From assembly GCA_965644295.1 (NCBI GenBank), contig CBFFRP010000218.1, positions 1-64,000 of the forward strand: a stretch of DNA of 64,000 bases, given 5' to 3'. Of the stretch, positions 23,101 through 35,317 are shown in pieces. Below the pieces are notes generated by a model. That model ran no database searches, was not told where the DNA came from, and worked only from the letters and a program-made list of their open reading frames with translations. How positions within the stretch are numbered: the stretch's first letter is position 1; the number at the start of each line of letters is the position of its first letter. The position numbers and the translations under genes are program-made. Origin of the DNA: Paraphysomonas bandaiensis. Taxonomy: Eukaryota; Protista; Chrysophyceae.

Positions 23101-23861
23101 TCATTCTAGTGTGAAGTACGTTTACCTTGAATAAGCAGAGCTTGCGCATGCATGTATTGCAAAGGAGAGGAAAGGGCAGAAGAGCAGGACCCAAGTGTCA
23201 TTTGTTGTGCCGTTGGCTGCACGTGAGGAGTGTATGTGGGTGTCACCCACCAGTGAAGTGTTGAGAAGGAGTCCCAACAACTTGAGGTACGTCTACGTTG
23301 ATTAAGCAGAGCTTGTGCCCGCATATACTGCAAACGAGAGCAGGGTATAGATGAGGGTGGCCTAATTGTCATGTGTTGGCCCGCTGGTTACAATATACTA
23401 CGATGTTGATATAACTATCGCCTTCAACCAATATATTTAAATGTTATAGGTTATTATGATAATGTCAGTTAAGAGTTGATGATATCGAATGTCACTAGTT
23501 TACAAAGATCTACCCATTGAAATTAAGTTTTGACAAACAGAAATATAATTTACAACTCTCAAATAATATATTCATGCAATTGTAGTAATGGATACAAAAC
23601 CCTCCAGGAGTAGGTTGGACATCTAATTGTATATATGGTTGCGAGTGAAGCCCACCTTGCTGCCCTGCCGGCACGTACCCCGGCGGCCGACATTGTAGTA
23701 GACTGCGTCGTAGGAGCGTATCCTGACGTATGTTTTGGTTGTTGATATTACATTGGATGACAGGATGGAGCTGGCGCTATCTAAGCTATATCTGGTTGGC
23801 CAGGATGAGCGCTCTGCGGTGTCACAACATTCATTCTTGCACCGTTTTGTAACATCTGCTC

Positions 23862-24649
23862 TCATATCAACTTACGATAATACAGTCGCATAAGAATGAC
23901 CTGAATAGTTGACCCTTGGTTTTGCAGTTGACGAGTCTGCACAACACCTGGATGAGTGGAATCTGTTGAATTGATACCAGGACCCAAACTGGTAGCAACA
24001 GGAGATCTATCAAACTCCACACTCGCATATTGAAAATTTTCCTCCGGCTCAAGACTATCCTCCTGTCGCACGTAAACGGGAGTCTAGGGGTAAATTACAC
24101 AATCACTTACATTGATAAAGGCATCACTTTCACGAAAATTAGTATCATTGACAGCATCAGCATTTTCTGGATCAGTTAGTTTAATTTGCAGCCTAGTCCT
24201 GGCGTATCGTCCCCCATAGAAATACTGCACCTACACACCTCATACATTAAACAACATTTCAAATCACGAAATCATATACATACACGTATCCCTCTCGGTC
24301 TAAATAATGTTGTATTATAGTTTTCTATCACAGTAAGAGCTTTCGTGTGTACTCTAACAGACATAAAACAACATGCAAGAGCTGGTAAAACCCATATAGC
24401 AAATCCAGCCATATGTACAAGTACACCAATCATAAAACCACAATAAAGTAATATCATAATACTACCATAATAAAGTATACGATGATAATATAATCTAGAC
24501 AACTCATGAGTCATATGGTTCCATTCTATTCTACTTATACGTTGTTGAAACTCTGAATGATGAGGATAAGAGAAGGAACAGAAACTGAGATATACAAAGA
24601 TTTCAGAAGAATCAGAAGTTTGAGCTGAAGATGATTTGAAAGATACCAT
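23862..24649 (-). CDS. Putative multi-exon membrane protein (weakly Erf4/golgin-A7-like); 3' end uncertain
   Basis: ATG at 24649, two hydrophobic segments followed by YNTTLFRPRGI. In-frame GT-AG introns at 24231-24283 and 24084-24110. Confidence 0.45.
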
Positions 24650-24690
24650 AATAACAATACCATGTAACAGGATCCAACTACTATATGAGA

Positions 24691-24694
<4 letters not shown>

Positions 24695-24723
<29 letters not shown>

Positions 24724-25105
24724 TGTATGTATGTATGTATGTATGTATGTATGTATGTATGTATGTATGTATGTATGTATGTACGTATGTATGTATGTAT
24801 GTATGTATGTATGTATGTATGTATGTATGTATGTATGTATGTATGTATGTATGTATGTATGTATGTATGTATGTATGTATGTATGTATGTATGTATGTAT
24901 GTATGTATGTATGTATGTATGTATGTATGTATGTATGTATGTATGTATGTATGTATGTATGTATGTATGTATGTACAGTAACAGTTATAGTATGTATGTG
25001 TGTGTATGTGTGTGTGTATACATGTGTATGTATGTATGTATGTATGTATGTATGTACAGTAACAGTTATAGTATGTATGTGTGTGTGTGTATACATGTGT
25101 ATGTA
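24695..25105 (+). repeat. (TATG)n microsatellite, degenerate at the right end
   Basis: Direct reading of the sequence. Confidence 0.98.
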
Positions 25106-25182
25106 TTCTCTCTATTCTGCTCATATTCAAAGTGGGTTATTCAGAGCTCTTTTTTAGCTGCGTCATAGTTTCCCAGACTAAC

Positions 25183-26827
25183 ATGCAACCCGGGAAGCGA
25201 AGACAAGTGGTGGATGTGACCTCTGTGGAGCATGCTCGTGCAGTTATACGAGCGATGCGGTCAACGTCTCTCTCTCATGTATGTATATCAGCCATATGAT
25301 CAATACACAAGCTATGTATGTATGGTATGTGTATATGTTATGTGTGTATATGTTTTGTATATATGGCATGTGTATATATCGTATATGTGTATATGTTATG
25401 GGTGTATATATGTATATATGCTGTGTATATATGTTAAGTCTCTATATGATATTCGTGTATATGTTATGTGTGTAAATGTAATGTCTCTATATGGTATGTG
25501 TGTATGTATGATATGCATGTATATGTTATATGTATATATGTTATGTGTATACATATATATATATATATATTATTTTTAGTTGCATAACTCTATGATATGT
25601 ATAATAGATAAGATATCACCGATCCGCTGTTCGAGACGATCGTATTATCGAAGGTATTCGGGAGTTTGATGATATGGTTGTCAAGAAAGCATTTGAGGTT
25701 GAAGAGGCAAAGCGGGTTGATGGTATGATAGATGTTCTTCCTTGTCATACAGAAGGGGAGGGGAGCTTTGGGGTACCTTCTGGTGTATCAATTTCACGTA
25801 CTGGCGTGAATCGACATACGGGGGAGGAAACAGATTCCAGTGATGATGAACCGGTGAGTGAGATTAGGAAGATGTGTTAGCGGTCATGATGCCTCTGACA
25901 CTGCTATATGAGGCTATATTACTCTTGTAGAGTTTTTTGTGGATTGCAAAACAGTCTTTACTTGGTTGGCATTATTGCTCTGCTATAACATATCATGCTT
26001 TCAGATTAGTAGTGCAAAGAAGGACCGACAATCTATTCCTGACGAGCTTAGTGAAGATATATGGGAGAGAGAGGTAGTGTTTGCCTTTATTGTACTGTCA
26101 TGTCTGAGGCAGCTTGACTTTTCATCTCTTTTATTTCGACGCACAATATTCTTCAGTAAAAATTTCTTGCTGTAGATTGCATGTGGAACTCGAGATTCAG
26201 CGGAATCTTCTGATGGTTTGGAAGGTCTCAGTGATAGCGATGATGACATGAAAGAGCTGCTCAAGGGATTTGTGGGCCCACGTATATCTACTCCCAATAA
26301 AACTAAGAAAAGGTAAGTAGTTATGTGATAGTTGAGTACCCTCATGTCTATGGTATTGTGTGAATTGTGTTTCTTGCAGGCAATCCTCCTCTGCTGTATA
26401 TGATCTTGATCACCCGGACATGACTAGCACTAGCCCTCCAGCCCCTCCAGTAGGGCAATCCTTGCATTCTAATACTTCCCATTCACTGCCTCAGGGTACG
26501 TCCTTAAAGGCCCCTAATTCTGCCGGCAGTATGCGAGTGGTACGATAATATATATCTCTTGATGCTTAGGGTTGATGTTAATTGGTACACAGAGTGGAAA
26601 TATAGCTAAAAGAGACACGGCTGGAAGCCACATACTAACAAGCTCGAGCCGTGAGGACTATCAAAAGTAGGGATCAGATATAAGAATTTACTTATCTGAT
26701 TCACGTTTTTTGCGTTGTAGGCCAATAGCAACAGGAAGGCATAAGGTTATGATGGCACCTGGGCAACGGATTCGTGTAAAACCTTCCAGAAAATCCACGT
26801 CCCAACGTCAGGAGCAGCAGATTAGAT
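25183..26827 (+). CDS. Putative multi-exon hypothetical protein (acidic/low complexity); exon structure tentative
   Basis: Coding-like blocks (MQPGKRRQVV..., IRYHRSAVRDD...DSSDDEP, ...KTKK) bounded by GT/AG sites. Confidence 0.4.
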
Positions 26828-27036
26828 AATGACTAAGCTATAAATCAACTGGAGTGTGATCAGCTTTCATACTTCTTGAGCTAATGTAGATAGTAGGATC
26901 ATAGTACTATAGTTCAGTGTGTGCAATGTGTTGTTTGATGTATGTAACTATTATATATTTTACTATTTACATCCTATACTGGTTGTCCATTTCGATCGAC
27001 GGACGCTTTACTTATTACTACCTAATGGGTTGTCAG

Positions 27037-27230
27037 TAGTGAATGTCTGATTGTTAGCAATTGGCAAACTTGAAGTCAACAGATGTCAGGTATACGTTTA
27101 CATTCTGCTTGCTCACCGTGTTTGATATGAGTGATAAGAAGGCGAAGTGGTTGCACGTTGGTGCTTGGTTCTTGCGGTGACACACAAGCAGCTTTCGTAG
27201 CGTTAAGTAGTAGGATATCAGAGTTAAGCA
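27037..27230. mobile_element. Degenerate copy of the TIR-bounded element family; target of the Copia insertion
   Basis: Shares ATGTCTGATT(G)TTAGCAAT and TTGGTGCTTG...CGTAGCGTTAAGTAGTAGGAT with copies at 34.6, 41.3 and 49.6 kb. Confidence 0.6.
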
Positions 27231-30200
27231 AAATAAGATTTAAGGTTAGTCTTAATATTTAGTAAGAATATACTTGATATTATTAGAGATAAAGATTGAA
27301 CGATAAGGCCTAATAGTATAATAGCAAGACACGTTTGAGCAGAGCGTTAGCACCACACACATGTGCGTATCTTGTACAGTCGCGTATCATGTATAGTTTG
27401 GTAATTATTCAGTCTATTTGGTATTTCATTGTATATGTGTGTTGTATTCACGCGTTAAGAGATATACGTGAATCAATGACTCCTAATACTCCCCCTCAAT
27501 GAAATAATCATATGGCGTATACATAGATATATGGATATAGGTGTATATATTTGGAGATAGTTCTACTGAGGGTAAAACCCACGAGTGCAATCACAGATTG
27601 TGGATTACACTGATGTCAACATACAGCATACTCGTGGGAAACTCCGTAGATCTCTAAGTCATCCATCGTGGTCTCTTGGTTGAGTTCTCTGCCGGTGGGA
27701 TAGATACTTTTGTTCTTTTATTGCTAGCAGGTATGTTGATACCTCCCCCCCATTAGTGAATCCCGCAATCTGTGGAACGTGTTTGATGTGAGGGGTTTAG
27801 TTAGAATGTCGGCCAGCATCTCGTTTGTAGGCATGTAATCAACAATAATAGAGTGCGATGCGACTTGTTCTCTTATGAAGTGATATCTGATGGCAATATG
27901 TTTTGTTCGTCGGTGGTGTACGGGGTTTAGGCATAGTTGAATTGCACCTTTGTTGTCACACCATATGGTTGTTGAGTATGGCATGTGGAAGCCCAATTCC
28001 GAGAGTAGTGACCGTAGCCAAATAGCTTCTTGACATGCTGTTGATAGTGCCATGTACTCCGCTTCTGTAGAGGATAGAGCTACAGTGGTCTGGAGTCGTG
28101 ATTGCCAGGAAATGAGACAATTTCCAATAAAGAAGCAAAACGCTGTGGTCGACCTGCGAGTTAAGTTACAGCGTGCCCAATCACTGTCAGCGAATCCAGT
28201 TAAAGTAACAGACTTCCCGGAGTACTGTAGACCTTGATCGATAGTGCCTTTGAGGTACCTAAGTATGTTTAATGCGGCTTTGCATGTAGTTAGATTTGGA
28301 TTAGTACTGAAACGAGCAAGGGTGTTTACAGCATATGCAATATCAGGTCTAGTGCACACAGCAATATACATAAGTGAACCTATGAGCTCCTTGTAAGGAA
28401 AATTTTGGACAAATTCTTGATTTTCTTGAGATAGTTGTTTCTTTTCGAGAATGTCTATATGAAAATTTGTTGTCATGGGGTGACTACGTGGCTTGCAATC
28501 TTCCATGTTGAATCTGTGGAGTAGGTTCCGTATGTATTGAGATTGATTTAGTGTCGTAGTTCGATTCTGTATATCCTGTTTGACGAATATGCCGAGGTAG
28601 TAATCTAGGAGGCCGAGATCATGAATGTCGAATTTTTCAGCTAACGAATTCTTGATTTGGATGATGTCAGTCCTACTTTTACCGGCGATAATGATGTCAT
28701 CGACGTAAACTGCCAGAATTATGGGTCGACCATTGATTGATTTCGTGAATATGCACGGGTCGGACACTAATCTGGTAAAACCACAGTCTAACAAATAATT
28801 AGTACAACATTTATACCAATTTAACCCGGACTGTTTGAGTCCGTATATACTCTTTAGAAGTCTGAGGACTTTACCGTTTGGAACATTGAGACCAGCGGGT
28901 GGATACATGTAAATTTCCTCTTGGAGGTCTGCATTGATGTAAGCAGTGGAGAAATCTACCTGGTGAAGCTCCAACCCAAGTATAGTTGCTAGTGCTATGA
29001 CTGTTCTCATTGATGTGGCCTTTGCGACTGGGCTGTAGGTTTCGTTGTAGTCTTTACCCTCGACCTGGGAGAAACCTTGAGCCACTAACCTCGCCTTGAA
29101 GGTAACCTCATCTCGCTTGACCTTTACCCTAAACACGAATTTTCCCCTTATAATGTTGGAATTTGCTGGTGGTGTCGTTATCCTCCAACAGCCTTTGCTC
29201 TCTAGAGACTTGATTTCTTTGTTGATGGCTTTCAGCCATTGTTCCTTGTACCTGCCTGATAGTGCCTCGCCAACATTGTTAGGTGTGTTAGGTACATCAT
29301 TGCTACATGTGTCATTTGCATGCATAATGATGTCAACATCATTCATGTATAATGTTCTGTAACTATCATGTTTATCAGGTGTTTTGTGGTTGTACAAATA
29401 TCTTTTATCAACATCACAGTGGTATATATTATCACCGAATTTGTGTACATTCATGATTACCCTTTTCCTGGTCTGCCTCTTGCTGTGGAGACTTTTCTTT
29501 ACGCAACGGCTCACCTTGTGTCGGTGGGGTGTCCTTACACCCGTAATTGTGCCATCCGGGCTTTGCCGGCTCCTGTCACCCTGGGAATTCACAGTCTTGA
29601 TAGCTCGTTTGACCTTACGAGCAGGGTGATCACGCTTGTTGTCACCCCGTGCCTCCTTCGGCACTGTATTCCGCTGAGCTTCTGCTGTGCGGCGAGGCCT
29701 TGCCTCCTTTTCATTTGAGTAGGGTCCTCTCAAATGGCTGTGACTCCCGCCCCGTGTGGCGTCATGACGGCTGTCGGTTGAACTGCTCCTCCCTGGAGCT
29801 GTTCCTTCCACGGGGCATCCTGGTTCCTCTTGCGGGGGTGATACCGCGTTCTGATAACTGAAGTGCTCGGCGGTGTATCTTTCGATGTCCGCAGCGTGTA
29901 TTGGGTCATTTAACTCGATGACTCGCCCTTCATTTTCTCGTGGGGCCAATCCTCTGTAAGCAGCCACGTGGCCTTTGATGACTGTGATTCTTGTCGTGAT
30001 GTATTGGAGGCCATCCTGTGGATCTGTGTGGGTCATTCCAACGAGGTATTGGAAGCTCTCGGTTGTTCGATTCTCTGAATTTTCTTCTCTCAGTGATGAT
30101 TCGATTTCAGCGTAGTAGTTTTCCTTGACGTCGGGGATGCACTCATTGAAAAAGACGTGACTTGAGATTACGAAGTCCTTGAGTGAAGGTACATATATGA

Positions 30201-32856
30201 CGTACCCTGGTCCATCTTCTCGGTATCCCATGAAGTACCCAATATGGCTATGTGGAGACCAATCGTTTCTTCTCTGAGACTTGTCTATGAATGTATGGCA
30301 TTTGCAGCCCCAAATCCTGGCGTAAGATAAATCGGGGGCCTCGTCGTGGATGAACTGATACGGTGATATGAATCCCTTTGCAGTGGCGCATGGCAGGCGA
30401 TTTTTCATATGCGTGACGGTGGACATAGCCTGTTCCCAGAAGTTGGGTGGTAGGCCCGAGTTGCAAATGGATGCAAGCGTTCTTTCCTTGGTCGTGCGCC
30501 ATGGTCGTTCTTGTATGGGGTTGTCTTCTGGCGTGTACGGAGCGTTGAAGGTCCAGGTTGATCCTAATTTTCTCAGCAAGTTCAGTACACGATGTGATAC
30601 TAGCTCACGGCCACCATCAGCATGATAGTGTATTAGCCGTTTGCCTTTCGAATGCAGATAATCCACAATTTTCTGAATGCACTCAATGACAAAATCCTCG
30701 GTTCTGTGTTTTCCATAGAATGTCCAACTGAATCTTGAAGCTGCATCGGTAGCTCCAAAGACTACGGTGTTTCCTGTGACTATTGCTGGAGGTGAAAATG
30801 GTCCAGTAAAATCAACTGCTATAAGTCCTCCAAGCTCCTGCGATCTTCTGGTTTTTGTCGGTATCATTTGCCTTGTCTCGCGCCTATGTTTCCTCCTGTG
30901 AGCCTTGCCTTGTGCGCAGCCATCACAAAGGCCTTCTGGTAGCTGTGGCGAGCTCAGGTCGGATTTTGAAATAGTGATTCCTTTCACAAGATTCAACTTT
31001 AGTGCTTTTTGAATTAAGCCAATGGATGCGTGGGTCAACCTTCGATGTGCCAGGGAGATCGAGGAACCGCTTGATGTAGATGCCAAGTTGCACTGGTCTT
31101 GGATGTAACCTAAATCGGATAATTTGATCTCGTATAGACCGTTTTGTTTCCTGGCTGTGGTTAACAAAATTCCATCGTGGTATACGCGTGCCTCGTTTGG
31201 TCCGAATATGATATTGCAGTTGGCGTCTGTTGTCAACTGGCTGATAGAAATTAAAGTCTTTGACGCGTCTGGAACTAGCCTGCACTTGCTAATCAGTCCA
31301 AGCTTGCCGTATCCCAATGCCTGCATTTCTGATCCTGATTTGGCGGTGTAAATTGTGGTTTGATCGTAAGTGAATTCGGAGAGTAAGCTTCGTGCTGCTG
31401 TAATTGATATTGTGCAGCCAGAGTCTAGAATGCCAAATTCCTGCTTCTCGTGTTCCGTATGTAGGACGTGGTTGTCTGTGATCATCCCAGAGAATGCACT
31501 GTAGTCATTGTCATCGTTTGGCCCCTCATCGTCATAGTCTTCCAGTCTTAAGTTCGAATCCCGATGACTGTTTCTTGGGTATTTTGATGATGTGTTCTTG
31601 GAGTGATGCCCTTTCCCTCTTTTGTCGTCGTTTCGTTTGTTTGTGGACTTCTGCATCTGTTGTATGTGTTCCCACGAGTGCTTGCACTCTGCTGCAATGT
31701 GGTTGGATCCATTGCATCTGAAGCACTTAACTTCGCGCGAGGCTCTTGTGACTTTGCTGGGCTTGTTGGATTTCTTCTGTTTTCGCTGCCCGTTGTTGTG
31801 CTTCTGCTTCTTCGGTAGACGGGGGTTAAACGGCTGTTTGCCTGTTGAGCTGTAGTTTGCGCTGTCCCGTTTGGTTTCCGTATTTTGTGATAGTAGGGAG
31901 CCTACAGTGGAATGCTCGAATGCTCTCAATCTTCTTATCAGCGTTTTATAATCATCAATTGGGTTCATTTGGAGGTTGATTGCCAGGTCCTTATAGGTCT
32001 GGTTCTCATTTGAGACCATCCCTTGTCGTATTCTTGAAATAAGGTCTTGTTCAGAGACTTTGTGGCCATGTGTAGCGAGCTTTAATCGCAATTTTTCGAC
32101 TTCGTCCAGGAATTGATTGATTGTTTGAGCTTGCTTGATTTTGATTGATTGCAGTTGGCCAATGAGGTCGGTTATCGTATCATTTGAGGTCTTGTCTTTG
32201 AAATGCTTTTCGATCTCTGACCATGCCCTTTTTCCATCTCCTTCAGGGACTGTTTCGATAATACCCTCTGCTTCCTCGTTTTGGCCAATCACCGCGCTGG
32301 ATAGAAGTGACCATAGGTAATTGTTGCCCTCCTCGAAATACTGCATATTTTCGTCGTAGGCGTTTTTCCTGTATAGGTAGTCCTCTTCTGTTTCTTCCTC
32401 TTGACGTATAGGCTCCTCTGGCGCATCGTTTCTTAGGATGTATACTATCTTAGGCTTACGAAAGAACCAGGCTCTACTTTTCTTCTGCCATTTTGAGAAG
32501 TTCTTGGCGTCGAAGGGTGGCATGGAATCCTTCCTCTTGTCCGATGAGTCGGAGTCGGAGTTATCGTAACTGTTAGTCTTAGAACTCATCCGCTGCCAAA
32601 ATAAGATTTAAGGTTAGTCTTAATATTTAGTAAGAATATACTTGATATTATTAGAGATAAAGATTGAACGATAAGGCCTAATAGTATAATAGCAAGACAC
32701 GTTTGAGCAGAGCGTTAGCACCACACACATGTGCGTATCTTGTACAGTCGCGTATCATGTATAGTTTGGTAATTATTCAGTCTATTTGGTATTTCATTGT
32801 ATATGTGTGTTGTATTCACGCGTTAAGAGATATACGTGAATCAATGACTCCTAATA
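27231..32856 (-). mobile_element. Intact Ty1/Copia LTR retrotransposon with non-canonical TA...TT termini
   Basis: 258-bp LTRs at 27231-27488 and 32599-32856, identical by eye. TSD AAGCA. PBS TGGCAGCGG. PPT TTGAGGGGGAG. Confidence 0.95.
27724..32589 (-). CDS. Copia Gag-Pol polyprotein (1621 aa)
   Basis: CFRCNGSNHIAAEC, ILDSGC, HHCC and DDE integrase, KARLVAQG, YVDD, FADSDW, ADILTKPL. Confidence 0.97.
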   Translation of the reverse strand: MSSKTNSYDNSDSDSSDKRKDSMPPFDAKNFSKWQKKSRAWFFRKPKIVYILRNDAPEEPIRQEEETEEDYLYRKNAYDENMQYFEEGNNYLWSLLSSAVIGQNEEAEGIIETVPEGDGKRAWSEIEKHFKDKTSNDTITDLIGQLQSIKIKQAQTINQFLDEVEKLRLKLATHGHKVSEQDLISRIRQGMVSNENQTYKDLAINLQMNPIDDYKTLIRRLRAFEHSTVGSLLSQNTETKRDSANYSSTGKQPFNPRLPKKQKHNNGQRKQKKSNKPSKVTRASREVKCFRCNGSNHIAAECKHSWEHIQQMQKSTNKRNDDKRGKGHHSKNTSSKYPRNSHRDSNLRLEDYDDEGPNDDNDYSAFSGMITDNHVLHTEHEKQEFGILDSGCTISITAARSLLSEFTYDQTTIYTAKSGSEMQALGYGKLGLISKCRLVPDASKTLISISQLTTDANCNIIFGPNEARVYHDGILLTTARKQNGLYEIKLSDLGYIQDQCNLASTSSGSSISLAHRRLTHASIGLIQKALKLNLVKGITISKSDLSSPQLPEGLCDGCAQGKAHRRKHRRETRQMIPTKTRRSQELGGLIAVDFTGPFSPPAIVTGNTVVFGATDAASRFSWTFYGKHRTEDFVIECIQKIVDYLHSKGKRLIHYHADGGRELVSHRVLNLLRKLGSTWTFNAPYTPEDNPIQERPWRTTKERTLASICNSGLPPNFWEQAMSTVTHMKNRLPCATAKGFISPYQFIHDEAPDLSYARIWGCKCHTFIDKSQRRNDWSPHSHIGYFMGYREDGPGYVIYVPSLKDFVISSHVFFNECIPDVKENYYAEIESSLREENSENRTTESFQYLVGMTHTDPQDGLQYITTRITVIKGHVAAYRGLAPRENEGRVIELNDPIHAADIERYTAEHFSYQNAVSPPQEEPGCPVEGTAPGRSSSTDSRHDATRGGSHSHLRGPYSNEKEARPRRTAEAQRNTVPKEARGDNKRDHPARKVKRAIKTVNSQGDRSRQSPDGTITGVRTPHRHKVSRCVKKSLHSKRQTRKRVIMNVHKFGDNIYHCDVDKRYLYNHKTPDKHDSYRTLYMNDVDIIMHANDTCSNDVPNTPNNVGEALSGRYKEQWLKAINKEIKSLESKGCWRITTPPANSNIIRGKFVFRVKVKRDEVTFKARLVAQGFSQVEGKDYNETYSPVAKATSMRTVIALATILGLELHQVDFSTAYINADLQEEIYMYPPAGLNVPNGKVLRLLKSIYGLKQSGLNWYKCCTNYLLDCGFTRLVSDPCIFTKSINGRPIILAVYVDDIIIAGKSRTDIIQIKNSLAEKFDIHDLGLLDYYLGIFVKQDIQNRTTTLNQSQYIRNLLHRFNMEDCKPRSHPMTTNFHIDILEKKQLSQENQEFVQNFPYKELIGSLMYIAVCTRPDIAYAVNTLARFSTNPNLTTCKAALNILRYLKGTIDQGLQYSGKSVTLTGFADSDWARCNLTRRSTTAFCFFIGNCLISWQSRLQTTVALSSTEAEYMALSTACQEAIWLRSLLSELGFHMPYSTTIWCDNKGAIQLCLNPVHHRRTKHIAIRYHFIREQVASHSIIVDYMPTNEMLADILTKPLTSNTFHRLRDSLMGGRYQHTC

Positions 32857-33910
32857 AAGCACTCTGCCTGGTTCTTGTCAAACCATAGCTTCTTGTCATC
32901 TTCCCCATCCCTACAACTATCATTCGCTACCATAATTTGCTAGGTTTGCTATTCTCAATTCATAAGATGAAATTATTACATGAAAAAGAACAGCACCTAA
33001 GTTATATTGGAAATTGCTCATTTTAAGCTAGATCTCAGAGAGAATATGTCGTTAGACAAGATAGATTTATTAATATCGTTTACACGAAGTTGTGATAAAC
33101 AACACAAACACATACATTTTGTTCCATGCATAATCTTCTACATATATGTTAACCTCTCGTTACTAAACATATCTTGAAGGATGAAACTATTTCAGTTTCT
33201 CAATATCATCATAGCATTTGTACATCACTATATTTCACTGTATTCTCGTACATTGTCTTCAAGAGACATACTTAATATACTCGAATAAGATCATATTCTA
33301 ATAAGTTGTATTCGATGTGTTATTTTACTACTATATTATAGAGTGTACAAACCACACACTCAGTAATCGTATCCTGTATTTAGTCACCAACTTCTACTTC
33401 AGTTTCATACTACACAATATAATCTACTAATTACATAATATATATATCTTTCGATCCTTTTATCTCACATAATGCTGCACTCAATTGCAAGTATATAGAA
33501 TCTTCAGATCTCAACACTGACACTTAAACAGATATTGTGACGACTTTTTCTATTTGAGAGCATTGAAAGCTGTAGTTCAAGAATATTTGAATTCTGATTG
33601 ATAATGGAAGAATACAGAAAAGTGGTTAACTGTATTATGAGGACTAATGTCATAATAGCAATCGTGATATCTAAAAGTGTATGGAAATGATTGGTAGTTG
33701 GCAATATGAGTTTGGCGATTGACAGTGAATGACAAGTGATATTGATCATGAATTTATGCTGACTATATATGCCGCTCACGTTTGTGTCCCGGGAATATAT
33801 CCCCGGTACTTATCCCCCAGATCAGCAATGCATGAGAAGGTGCGAGTCCAACAACTTTGTTGAAGGACTTCACAACATATTCATCTACCATCTGGTAAAC
33901 ATCTTTTTCA

Positions 33911-34109
33911 GAAACATCTGTTTATCATAATATGTTCACCAGTCACTCCTATACCTTACACAGTCACAACATATCAGTAACTGGATGATGGACTTCCTTT
34001 GTAACTGTATTCTCCCATTACACCTACTATGAGTTGATAGTACTTGTTGCACACTATTTAATCACTTTCATAGCACAATATATATTGAAACATACTGCAG
34101 AACTTAACA
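33911..34109 (-). mobile_element. Truncated, diverged LTR of the 15928-20103 family
   Basis: Collinear similarity to the right half of LTR 15928-16271, ending GCAGAACTTAACA. Confidence 0.75.
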
Positions 34110-34168
34110 AAACTGAGATATTCACAGGTCACATCTAAAATCTCGGAGTATTCTTTGTGTGTGGCGAC

Positions 34169-35095
34169 TGTTGAGTTCTGCGATATACCCCTATCCAGAT
34201 ATATACTCTCTTGCATGTGCTCTCTACCGCTGGCTAAGACAGCAAAAGAGTCGAGTTCGACGCTTCTTCAAAGTAGGCCATAACCTTTTGCAAGACCTTC
34301 ATCCACATACCTCCGAGCTACGTGGCACAATGCCTCTAAAGGAAGGTCACCAGATCGCCAATCTCAGCAGGGTATAGTACTGTTTCCCCTGGTTGCCGTG
34401 AAGTACATTAGGCAGTCCCCGATGCAAATTTCACACAATGTATGTGTAGTCTTAAGCGTTCCAGACTTAGATCACTGCTTTCACTTGTCATGCTGTACGT
34501 TGCACAACGTGTCCCCTACATACACATCTATCATATAGCGCCGGTGAGTCCTAGGACACACGACAATGGCGAAACTCGCAATCAACATCAAGAACGGAAG
34601 TGGTCGCACCTTGGTGCTTGCGGCAACGCACAAGCAACTTCTGTAGCGTTAAATAGTAGGATAATAGAATTTGCGCTGATTAGTCTAACTAGTATGTCTA
34701 GCATTCAACTAGTCACTATATTGGTACTGGTTTTTAACGCCTATTGCTAAATAAAAGACTTTCAATATATATATTGTGCAAATTGAAGTGAGTTAATAGG
34801 CAGTGTGAAATAGGTGAAGTCAACTCATAGGTGTAATGGATGATTACAGTTACAAAGGAATTAAATTCAGTTCCTGATGTGTGACTATATATAATATATA
34901 GGAGTGACTCGTGAACATTAGATAAACCGGTTTTGCTGAGAACAGATGTTTCAACATATGTTACACGAATATGTAGTGAAGTGTTCAGATTAATAATTAT
35001 AAAATCTTACTTGAAAGCGCATTGTGTTCAACAAAGTAAGGTTAAAGTTTACGTGTAGAGCAAAGTTAACTTCAGTGAAATGTCCAATTCTGACA
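34169..35095 (+). mobile_element. Solo LTR (15928-20103 family) interrupted by an insertion at about 34188-34763
   Basis: Starts TGTTGAGTTCTGC, resumes ATATATTGTGCA..., ends TGACA. TSD GCGAC at 34164-34168 and 35096-35100. Confidence 0.85.
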
Positions 35096-35317
35096 GCGAC
35101 AGCAAACTCTACACTATACTTGATTGTAGAGTGATATTGCTCCAGAGTAGCTACAATACCAATATAATTTGATCTCGTAAATGGCGTGTTAATGATGTTG
35201 CCACAAAAGCGTCCATATCCATATTCTTATCGTTAACACCAAGGGTACACTGCACTACAACATATTTTATATCTATTATAATCATCGCGACATCACAATC
35301 ACATTTACATACAGTTC

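Noticed and set aside
20110-23600. Short ORFs between the decayed Copia and the membrane-protein gene
   Set aside because: No recognisable domains and no consistent exon chain.
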